Source of the DNA: a virus
IMG/VR virus record: IMGVR_UViG_3300023179_000038
Coordinates: 1-64,000 of that record
DNA: 64,000 nucleotides
Reading direction: 5' to 3' (one strand)
Shown here: positions 26,428-34,447 of the stretch, piece after piece
Layout: each line of letters begins with the position of its first letter
Numbering within the stretch: position 1 is the first letter of the stretch
Program-made: the position numbers and the translations under genes
Notes under the pieces: model-generated
What the model was told of the DNA's origin: nothing
Database searches by the model: none
What the model saw: the letters and a program-made list of their open reading frames with translations, nothing else

Positions 26428-27030
26428 TTAATTATACCATTCTGATTTTTTATTAAATGTAGACCCAGTAAACTGAAACCACATAGTAGAACTATATCTG
26501 TCACCTTCAGTAATTTCGAGGACTTCATGCAAATAATTTTCATTTCCAGGAAAAATTATTAGGCTATTGGCTTTTGGTTTAATCTTTAAATTATGATCTG
26601 GAAAATTAATTTCTCCACCACTATAATCATCATTGATATAATATATTGACGCAATGTGGTTTCCTTCAAACGATGAGGTATCTACATGTGGAACTAAATA
26701 AAAATTTTTTGTAAATTTAACTAAATGTGGCGCAGTTTTCCAAAAAGGATTAAGATCTACACGGTAAAAATCTATAGAATTTTTGCGAGCAAGTTCAAAT
26801 ATACCATCTAATATTTCAAAAATTTCTTTTGATAAGTCTTGTGATTCAATAGTCAAAGCATCCCATGGCTGTTCTGTCCAACATTGAGCATTTTTTGCAT
26901 AATCAAGCAATTGTTTGTGATCTTCTTTAGACAGCACATTTTCTATGTAATGTATATTGTCTGTAGAATTACCTATTTTTAAAATATTTTTTATGTAAAC
27001 TTCATCTTTTTTAGATGGATCAGTAATCAT
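26428..27030 (-). CDS. 2OG-Fe(II) oxygenase, P4H-like (tandem paralog of 25879-26424)
   Basis: HVD, YINDDYSGGE, HEV, RYS; shared LSKEDHK.LLDYA and DHNLKIKPKANS. Confidence 0.9.
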   Translation of the reverse strand: MITDPSKKDEVYIKNILKIGNSTDNIHYIENVLSKEDHKQLLDYAKNAQCWTEQPWDALTIESQDLSKEIFEILDGIFELARKNSIDFYRVDLNPFWKTAPHLVKFTKNFYLVPHVDTSSFEGNHIASIYYINDDYSGGEINFPDHNLKIKPKANSLIIFPGNENYLHEVLEITEGDRYSSTMWFQFTGSTFNKKSEWYN

Positions 27031-27049
27031 ATATATATTCTACCATAAG

Positions 27050-27122
27050 TACCCTTGAATGGATTCGAACCATTGCTTGTACGATTTTAAATCGTGTGCC
27101 TCTACCACTGGGCTACAAGGGT
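27050..27122 (-). tRNA. tRNA-Leu(TAA), short variable loop
   Basis: Acceptor ACCCTTG/CAAGGGT, anticodon loop TTTAAAA, T-loop TTCGAAT, 73 nt. Confidence 0.88.
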
Positions 27123-27131
27123 TGTTATTTT

Positions 27132-27914
27132 TTAATTAGAAAAAATTGTAACTGCTCCTGACGATGTAACTAGTGTTTTTGAATTTGCTGCAACTGCTGC
27201 TGAGGCTGCCGAAGTAGAAAACTCAATAGATACTCCATTAATAAGACCTTTCATAGTTGAAAGTTTTTCAGGTGTTGATAAATTTGTTAAAATGTCAACA
27301 TTTCCAGACTTATATGTATTGCCATATAAGTATGAACCAACAGACACAACCTCTGATACGCATGCTGGAAAATCAATTGGCTTTGTTGAATTATTTCCTG
27401 CTGAAGCATATACCTGAATACCCTTTAGATTAAGAGAGATAACAGAAGACTTTACCTTATCAAAACCTGTTTGCGGTGTGTATGGTGCTGATGCTGGAGG
27501 AAAACACTGTCCAGCCAACTTTGGTGTAGTGTTGTTTATGTATCTTGAGAATGATACTGCAGATACAGCATTAGAATTGCTATTTACAAAATCTAAAGCA
27601 TTAATAAATCCATGAAGGTTAACATCAGTAGCAATACCCATTTTGCTTACTGGCGCTGCCTGAATTAAAACCAATGTTGCAGATGGATTTTGCTGACGAG
27701 CAATAAGTGCCATCTGTGTTCCATGATCTTTATTTGATACTGTTTTGTTCACACAACGATCTGACGCAACACAAACAAACTCAACACTTCCAGTAATTTG
27801 TGATAGGTTGAATGCATCGTCAATAATGACAATTCGCTCACCTACCGCTGCTTGTGATTGAATTGGTACTATAACTGAAAACAATACTGCTAATAGTGCT
27901 ACGATCTTTTTCAT
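27132..27914 (-). CDS. Secreted S8 (subtilisin-like) peptidase-family protein
   Basis: Signal peptide MKKIVALLAV...SQA; IVIIDD, HGTQM, SAGN and STSAA motifs. Confidence 0.75.
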   Translation of the reverse strand: MKKIVALLAVLFSVIVPIQSQAAVGERIVIIDDAFNLSQITGSVEFVCVASDRCVNKTVSNKDHGTQMALIARQQNPSATLVLIQAAPVSKMGIATDVNLHGFINALDFVNSNSNAVSAVSFSRYINNTTPKLAGQCFPPASAPYTPQTGFDKVKSSVISLNLKGIQVYASAGNNSTKPIDFPACVSEVVSVGSYLYGNTYKSGNVDILTNLSTPEKLSTMKGLINGVSIEFSTSAASAAVAANSKTLVTSSGAVTIFSN

Positions 27915-27931
27915 TTTATTCCTTTTTATTT

Positions 27932-28135
27932 TTACGATATCATCAATCTGATGACATGACAACATGGGTCGCCACCTGCTTCCCATTCTTCTTGTTCTTC
28001 CTCACTCATGTATTCGTATCCATCATCATGAGTATTGCAATAGGGTGGTGTTACCCAACCCCTTTCAATACCATTTTCAAGCCAGATGCCAAACTCTTGC
28101 TCTTCTGGAGACAAATCATCAAGTATTTGATTCAT
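27932..28135 (-). CDS. Hypothetical protein (C.THD...GGDPCCHV.R)
   Basis: ORF track; TATAAT upstream. Confidence 0.75.
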   Translation of the reverse strand: MNQILDDLSPEEQEFGIWLENGIERGWVTPPYCNTHDDGYEYMSEEEQEEWEAGGDPCCHVIRLMIS

Positions 28136-28150
28136 ATATTAATTATATCC

Positions 28151-28675
28151 TTAAATGCTTACTACGTCAATTGGCCCCATACAAGAAGGGCTAAACTTAA
28201 TGGCAGCATTTACTGCGCCCATAACTCTTTTACGTGCATCTTTAGATTTTTCAGTAGCGTTTAGATATCCATAAGCATATTCTGCTCCAGATCCCATCGC
28301 TAAATAATTTAAATTATACTTAGATAAAGACATATCAACTGCATTGTGTTCATATATTTGACCTTTAATGCAAATAATTAATCCAAGATCAGCCTCTTTG
28401 CCAGTGTCAACCCACCAATCACTATAAAAATTTCTTAATTGTTTAATAAACTTGGTTTGCATAAATTTATCTAAATCTTTTATATCTGGAACATATGGAT
28501 TAAAGTTGTATCTAATTCGTTCTCCATCTAATGCCCCTGCATATCCAAGCAAGTATGGACCAAGTTTCCAAACTTTTGGCGCTGTTAAGGAAAGTATTGT
28601 GTTGTCGTCAGATGCGCCACGATCTCCAGCCATATATATTTTATTTTCATGACGGACTACAGCCAAAACAGTCAT
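28151..28675 (-). CDS. Ntn-hydrolase, HslV/proteasome-beta-like
   Basis: N-terminal MT, AGD, AMGSG..YA.G motifs. Confidence 0.8.
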   Translation of the reverse strand: MTVLAVVRHENKIYMAGDRGASDDNTILSLTAPKVWKLGPYLLGYAGALDGERIRYNFNPYVPDIKDLDKFMQTKFIKQLRNFYSDWWVDTGKEADLGLIICIKGQIYEHNAVDMSLSKYNLNYLAMGSGAEYAYGYLNATEKSKDARKRVMGAVNAAIKFSPSCMGPIDVVSI

Positions 28676-28702
28676 ACAGATCCCCTTAAGATATATATTT
28701 TA

Positions 28703-28731
28703 AGTATAGCAAATAGTTATTGCTTAGTCAA
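28703..28731 (-). promoter_or_regulatory. Sigma70-type promoter
   Basis: TTGACT-17bp-TATACT with extended TG. Confidence 0.7.
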
Positions 28732-28737
28732 ACACCT

Positions 28738-29313
28738 TTATTTAATTACTTGGCCACACTCTGAGCATGTTTTAGATTTATTTTGAGATTTTTTAGTGAT
28801 ATTTTTAGCAGTAGATCCAAATTTAGGTCTACCAAACCCTACAATAGAAATCATTATACCTTTTTTATTTTTCTTATAGGCACGAAGTTTTTTACAAACC
28901 TCTCCACCATTTCTTTGACTACCTTTAGGGTCACCAGAAGTATTACCTTCAATGCACCAAACAGTTCCATCTTCATTATCTTTGACAACAATACCTACGT
29001 GAGATATTCTATCTACACCATCTGATGGAAAATCAAAATATGCAACATCTCCTGGCTCTGGATCAGCAATATCTCCATCAATCCATTGTCCAGATTTTTT
29101 AAATGCTGCTGCCCCACCTGGCGTATAAACTGTATTAGGAACTTTTACTCCTGCCTCATTAGCGCACCACATAACAAATGAACCACACCATGGCTGAAAA
29201 TTTGCTTTTGTAAATGCACCATATTTAGTTTCATTATCTTTAGGACCTTCAACGGTTCCAATTTCATTTTTGGCTACTTCAACAAATTTTTCTGCTGTTC
29301 CCTGATCTGCCAT
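28738..29313 (-). CDS. CHAP-domain peptidoglycan hydrolase (endolysin)
   Basis: PWCGSFV.W, PGDV, SHVGIV and IEGNT motifs. Confidence 0.88.
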   Translation of the reverse strand: MADQGTAEKFVEVAKNEIGTVEGPKDNETKYGAFTKANFQPWCGSFVMWCANEAGVKVPNTVYTPGGAAAFKKSGQWIDGDIADPEPGDVAYFDFPSDGVDRISHVGIVVKDNEDGTVWCIEGNTSGDPKGSQRNGGEVCKKLRAYKKNKKGIMISIVGFGRPKFGSTAKNITKKSQNKSKTCSECGQVIK

Positions 29314-29315
29314 GA

Positions 29316-29720
29316 TTACTTATCCCAATTAGTATCGACTGGTTGTTCTTCTGGCATTGCACCATCTGGCTTGGCAAGTCTCCGTGCCTTTGCCTCATCA
29401 ATCTCTGCCTCTAATTTTTTATCTGCTTGTGTATTTTTTGCATCTACTTCTTTGTTAGCAATTTGTGCTGCCATTACATCTTTAGCGCCTGATTGTCCAA
29501 TTAAAATACCAGCAAGTGTTCCCGTAATAAATGTTGCTACGCTTCCAAGAACATTAAAAAACATTTTATCATTTTCTGATTGACCAGTTAATGGCTGTTC
29601 AACAAAAATTAAAGCATACAAAATACCCATTGTCGTAAAAAATAATATTGATCCTAAAGTTAGACCCAAAATAAATTTAAGCAAGCCATCTAATTCTGCC
29701 TGTGTTCTTCTTTTAGCCAT
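29316..29720 (-). CDS. Two-TM membrane protein, possible holin
   Basis: Two hydrophobic helices; directly upstream of the lysin. Confidence 0.55.
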   Translation of the reverse strand: MAKRRTQAELDGLLKFILGLTLGSILFFTTMGILYALIFVEQPLTGQSENDKMFFNVLGSVATFITGTLAGILIGQSGAKDVMAAQIANKEVDAKNTQADKKLEAEIDEAKARRLAKPDGAMPEEQPVDTNWDK

Positions 29721-29898
29721 TGTCAGTTTCCTTTACTAAATCTTTAGTGCAAGTTCCAGTTGATTCACATACTGGAGGATTACACACTGCTTCCTTCCAT
29801 TTTGCTGGTTCTTGACATTCATATCTGTATCGACTTGAGCAGCCTGAAAGGCCTACTACAAGTATACCGCAAAGAACTAGGGTCGTCAATTTTTTCAT
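29713..29898 (-). CDS. Small Cys-rich lipoprotein
   Basis: Lipobox LSGC; RYRYECQ.P..W...C.PP.C...G.C. Confidence 0.75.
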   Translation of the reverse strand: MKKLTTLVLCGILVVGLSGCSSRYRYECQEPAKWKEAVCNPPVCESTGTCTKDLVKETDNG

Positions 29899-29933
29899 AT
29901 TGACATTATACTATATTTTAGAAAAATTTTATT

Positions 29934-30119
29934 TTATTCTTCTTTTTCGGCTTTTTCTCTTATGCCTATAGTCATAAACCATAAGGCTACTGAGGCTAAA
30001 GTTACATAACCAACGACAGTTTTAGCACTACCTTCAAGCACTACCCAGGCTACAAAAAATCCTAGAAATGTAAAGTTTTCGCTAAGAATTGCCATGATTC
30101 TTTTTTTTATCCAGTTCAT
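29934..30119 (-). CDS. Small two-TM membrane protein
   Basis: ORF track; hydrophobic. Confidence 0.7.
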   Translation of the reverse strand: MNWIKKRIMAILSENFTFLGFFVAWVVLEGSAKTVVGYVTLASVALWFMTIGIREKAEKEE

Positions 30120-30120
30120 A

Positions 30121-32637
30121 TTACCCCCTTATCCTTAATATTGAACTACCAAGAATTATTTGTCCAACCAAAACGGCTGCTACAAGAACTTCCTTCGCAT
30201 CCTGTCTTTCTTGTGGTGACATATCAGCACCTATATTTGCAAGTGCTTTAAATACTTCGCATTTTTGTTCTTCTGTCAAACCTTCAATAGCCTCATCTGG
30301 ATTAAAACATCCAATAATGGCTCCTGCTAATGCAGCAGGGGATTCTAATGTTAATAACGCTGAAGCAACCTCTGCTGTAATGACTACAGGATTGCCATTA
30401 GCATCTTCTCTAACTTCTACTGGTATTTGTGGTGGAAGATCACGATATTCAAGTCCCGCTGCTACAATGGCTGATGCTTCAACTGGAGCACCATCTGCTG
30501 CTGTAATTAATGCATCAGATAATAAATCTTTTTCTGCTAAAGTTAATTTTCCATCTTCTGCTAATACATCTGCTAAATTTGCCACCTCTGAATTTGTTAT
30601 TTTTCCATCAGCAGATAATGCTTCTAGTATTGCCTCAGCATCTGAAGCAGTTATGTTTCCATCTGCAATTAAGTCTGAAACTGCCTCTTGTATTTCTTCA
30701 ACAGATAAGGTATCATTATCTTGTGAGTCTTCTTGATCAGTACCCTCGTTTTCTTCAGGAGTATTATCTTGTTCGTCGTTGGATGAAGAGTCATCAGATT
30801 CAGGTGTATCCGTATCTTGAGATTCATCACCTTCAGAAGATTCATCACTCTCATCAGGCGATGGCTCTGGCTCTGTACTATCCCATTCATCTGGAGTGGT
30901 CTCGTCTGGTTGAGTTTGTTCGTTGTTATCAACAGGGTCATAAGAAGGAGCAGAACCTCCACCAGTAGTTATATTTGAACTTTGTTGTGCGGGTATAGAA
31001 ATAACAGTCTCAGTATATTGACTTACAGGTCCAGACCAGTTAGCAACTCTAATAGTATAGGTAGCACCTTCTGTCAAACCAGTTAACTGAATAAATTCTG
31101 GTGCACCATCAGTATTTAAAGTTTGACCTTCGTATGGATTCTCTGCATTTGGATCATCAGTTATTACTTGATAGAACCAAGTGTTTGCTGTATACCCTTC
31201 TGGTAACTCAGGAGCAATAGTTACTGTTGTTCCCTCAACAACTGGTTCTGCTAGTATTGGAGCGGGAGTAGGAATATTATTATTAATAACAGAAATTAAT
31301 TGATTTGCTTTAGTGTTTAGTGTTGATTCAATAGATGTTTTTGTTGATACCGCTGAATTTATGGTATTAGTTAAAGATGTTGTGTTAATAGCATTTATAT
31401 TAGATGTATTTGTTGCGTTCTGTGCAACTACTGGACTTAGACTTGCATTTAGTTGAAATATAGTTGCATTTGCAGCATCAACTGCTGCTTGAACTGAGGC
31501 ATTATTTGGATCTACTATAGGAGTAAAATTTGGACCCTGACTTATTTGCCCATTAAATCCAGCACCGTTATTTGTATCAGTAATATTCGTTACTGAACCT
31601 CCTGCTGTTTCTCTATAATTAAATCTAGCGCCACCTGGAATTGGTCCAATTGCAGAAACATCTGCCATCCATGCACCATTGTTTGGATTTACATCAGCAT
31701 TAAATCTAATTTGAACCATTTGTGTTGAAGCATCTTGTTGTGGAAATGGTCTAACATCCCATGCAATATCTAATGAAGAGCCTGTTGTTGCATATGTAAT
31801 TCCAGTTCCTGTACTCCATGTTGTCCAGTCCCACCCTGCAATAGAAATTGACGGGGCATTTGGAGTTGAGTAGTAATTTGCACCTTCATTTACACCAAAA
31901 GTAATTGTTGCATTAGATCCAACATAAACATTATTGTATAAGTTTCCGCCCATTAATAAACCAAAAGGTAAGTTCATTTGAACACCAGCATCATCTACAC
32001 CAGCCAAAACGTTTGTGCTTGCTCCAATAGTTGCTTGTAAAGCATTTACCGCATTTTGTGCATTGTCAATTGCAATATTTGCTTGAGTTAATTCTGTTTG
32101 TGCGTTTGCCTGTGCTGCTACCGCCTCTGCCTTAGCAAGTCCTGCTTCTGATACTGCTGTTTGAGCCTGAGTAATTTGTGTTCCTAAATTGGTTATGGCT
32201 GTCGTTGCAACAACTACGGTATCTTTTGCATCTTGTACTGTCTGAGAACTTTGATCTATGGGGGTAACTGATAAATCAACATTATTGATAGTATTAATAG
32301 ATGTCTGAACATCATTTACTGCTGAATTAGCAATTGATATTTTTGATGATATTTCTGCAACAATAGGTTGGGCTTGAGACAGTTCGGTTTGTGCTTGTGA
32401 TACCTCTACTGCAGCATTGTTTGTGGCTGTAATGGCCTGTTGAACCTCTGTAGTAGCCGTTGCAAGGGCGCTGTTGACTGCTTGTTGAGCAGGACTAACA
32501 ATGACCTGTTCTTGGTTTTCTGTAGCGCCAGCGCTATCTGGTGCCATAATTCCAAATACTGTTATAACTAGGCTTGAGCCAATAAAAAATAGCAGTCTTT
32601 TCTTTATTTTACTCAATTGTGTATGGGTCAACTCCAA
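30121..32637 (-). CDS. Large exported membrane-anchored protein (coiled coil, beta domain, FN3-like domain, acidic linker)
   Basis: Signal-like N-terminus, Ala/Gln-rich coils, LTGLTEGATYTIRVAN (FN3-like), D/E-rich linker and hydrophobic C-terminus. Confidence 0.75.
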   Translation of the reverse strand: MELTHTQLSKIKKRLLFFIGSSLVITVFGIMAPDSAGATENQEQVIVSPAQQAVNSALATATTEVQQAITATNNAAVEVSQAQTELSQAQPIVAEISSKISIANSAVNDVQTSINTINNVDLSVTPIDQSSQTVQDAKDTVVVATTAITNLGTQITQAQTAVSEAGLAKAEAVAAQANAQTELTQANIAIDNAQNAVNALQATIGASTNVLAGVDDAGVQMNLPFGLLMGGNLYNNVYVGSNATITFGVNEGANYYSTPNAPSISIAGWDWTTWSTGTGITYATTGSSLDIAWDVRPFPQQDASTQMVQIRFNADVNPNNGAWMADVSAIGPIPGGARFNYRETAGGSVTNITDTNNGAGFNGQISQGPNFTPIVDPNNASVQAAVDAANATIFQLNASLSPVVAQNATNTSNINAINTTSLTNTINSAVSTKTSIESTLNTKANQLISVINNNIPTPAPILAEPVVEGTTVTIAPELPEGYTANTWFYQVITDDPNAENPYEGQTLNTDGAPEFIQLTGLTEGATYTIRVANWSGPVSQYTETVISIPAQQSSNITTGGGSAPSYDPVDNNEQTQPDETTPDEWDSTEPEPSPDESDESSEGDESQDTDTPESDDSSSNDEQDNTPEENEGTDQEDSQDNDTLSVEEIQEAVSDLIADGNITASDAEAILEALSADGKITNSEVANLADVLAEDGKLTLAEKDLLSDALITAADGAPVEASAIVAAGLEYRDLPPQIPVEVREDANGNPVVITAEVASALLTLESPAALAGAIIGCFNPDEAIEGLTEEQKCEVFKALANIGADMSPQERQDAKEVLVAAVLVGQIILGSSILRIRG

Positions 32638-32694
32638 TTTTAAAATTATAAATGTATTATATCATTAATTATATAATAATTGATTTTTAATAAT

Positions 32695-32726
32695 AAAAAA
32701 AGAGGGTAGAAGTTAATCTACCCTCT
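32695..32726 (-). terminator. Intrinsic terminator
   Basis: 10-bp stem AGAGGGTAGA/TCTACCCTCT followed by a T-run on the - strand. Confidence 0.8.
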
Positions 32727-32742
32727 AATTTATAGAAGTTAA

Positions 32743-34431
32743 TTACTTTTTCTTATATCCTGTAGGACATACTGGTGCAATGGCAGTAACTTTCTTAGTT
32801 AACTTACCCTTAACACAAGTAATTGTTTTCTTAGGAGCAATCATTAATTGAAGTTGCTCAATTTGTTTTGTAATAGATGCAATAAGTGCTACGATTCCAT
32901 TTAGAACCTCAGCATTACTAATTGCTCCATCAGCAATCTTATAAGAAACAGTCTTTGCTGAATCTGTTGCAACATATGCTGGAAGATCAACGATCAAATT
33001 ATATGAACCATTGACATTACCAACAGTAAACTTATATGTCTTAACACCTTGAGCAAATGTATCTGCTGATGTTGGGGCAGCAACTGCTGTCAGTCCACCA
33101 CCAGAAATAGCAACGTTAGATCCTACTGTAGCAGTATCAGCAACCTTTGCACCATTAATATCTGTTGCAGAAATTGTCAATGTAGCAATTTCTCCTGGAA
33201 CATAAGAGTTCTTGTCAAGAGATGCTGTGTACTTATTTACACCAAGACCGCAAGCAGCAATAAATTCATTTGAATAAATTTCTGACAGGTCTGAAAGGAC
33301 GTGCTTGATTCGTACAACAGATGATCCTGATGTAGAAGCACATGTCCAACCACCAGTTGCAACAGCAGTAGCAGATGATGATCCGCCTACTGAAACTGCA
33401 GTAACTTGTGATGTGTACTTAGTTGTATCAGCAGTTGGAGTAATACCAGCCAACTGATTTCCAGCAGCATCATTAACTACAAAGTCATAGGTTCCTGTAC
33501 GTGCTCCACCAGATAACGCAATGTCAACTCCTGTTACAGATATTGACGCTGGACGACCTGTAAAAGTAACACTCTTGGTTGCAAGAACTGTTCCATTAAA
33601 TGTAATGGTAATTGTAGTTGATAATGGTTTGTTTGCATTAGCAGTACCTTGAGTTACATAAAGTACTCCTGATACGCCAGTTTTGGCTGCAGAAGATACC
33701 TGAACTGAAGGTGCTGCATCAAAATTAACAACTGCGCCGTTTGTAGCGGTTGCTTGTATAACACCAGATGTAGATAGTTGTGCAGCATAAGCATCCATTG
33801 CACGAATATTTACATATGCTGTTCCACCATCTGAAACTGTTGTTGAACCAGCAACATCAACACTAGATGTTAGTGTTCCTGCTGTTGATGTATCTTGTAC
33901 ACGAACATAAGAATCTGCTACAGACAATACATTTGTCTTTGCAGTTGTTCCTGCATAAATTGTTTTAATATCAATTGTAGAAGTGGTTGATCCAACCTTC
34001 TTCTTTTGTGTTACAGTTACAGTGCCCGCACCATTAACAGTTAATTTAACATTTGTTGGTAAATTTACTGCTGTTGATGTTGTTGCTGTAAATGTAAACA
34101 ACTTACCCAAATTAGTTAATGTAACACCAGTTGGGTTTGAGCCTGCTGCTGTGTAATCAGTAAATGTTGCAGGACCAGAAATTTCCAACGTAACATTGTC
34201 ATCTGCTGTTGCAGCCAAAGTATCGCTTGTAGTTAATACAACAACTGCATTAACTCCAGATTCTGCCTTGGTTGTGTCTGCTAATACTGTTACTCCACGA
34301 GCACCACTTGCAAGTGTATCTGATAAAACGTATCCGTTAGATACCGCTGCAGATGCTTGAGGAACAGCAATTAAAAATGTGCTTGCTACGGCTGCAGCCA
34401 TAACTGAAGCAATCTTCTTAAATGAATTCAT
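32743..34431 (-). CDS. Secreted Ala/Thr/Ser-rich Ig-like surface (S-layer-like) protein
   Basis: Signal peptide (...ASA), beta-rich body and C-terminal TITCVKGKLTKKV...CP.GYKKK. Confidence 0.75.
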   Translation of the reverse strand: MNSFKKIASVMAAAVASTFLIAVPQASAAVSNGYVLSDTLASGARGVTVLADTTKAESGVNAVVVLTTSDTLAATADDNVTLEISGPATFTDYTAAGSNPTGVTLTNLGKLFTFTATTSTAVNLPTNVKLTVNGAGTVTVTQKKKVGSTTSTIDIKTIYAGTTAKTNVLSVADSYVRVQDTSTAGTLTSSVDVAGSTTVSDGGTAYVNIRAMDAYAAQLSTSGVIQATATNGAVVNFDAAPSVQVSSAAKTGVSGVLYVTQGTANANKPLSTTITITFNGTVLATKSVTFTGRPASISVTGVDIALSGGARTGTYDFVVNDAAGNQLAGITPTADTTKYTSQVTAVSVGGSSSATAVATGGWTCASTSGSSVVRIKHVLSDLSEIYSNEFIAACGLGVNKYTASLDKNSYVPGEIATLTISATDINGAKVADTATVGSNVAISGGGLTAVAAPTSADTFAQGVKTYKFTVGNVNGSYNLIVDLPAYVATDSAKTVSYKIADGAISNAEVLNGIVALIASITKQIEQLQLMIAPKKTITCVKGKLTKKVTAIAPVCPTGYKKK

Positions 34432-34447
34432 TTTTCTCCTTATATTT

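Noticed and set aside
5705-27030. 2OG oxygenases as TET/JBP DNA hydroxylases
   Set aside because: Their motifs match P4H-like and TIGR02466-like families, and no cytosine methyltransferase is visible nearby.
30317-30968. Several overlapping alternative-frame ORFs
   Set aside because: They are shadows of the 838-aa gene caused by biased codon usage.
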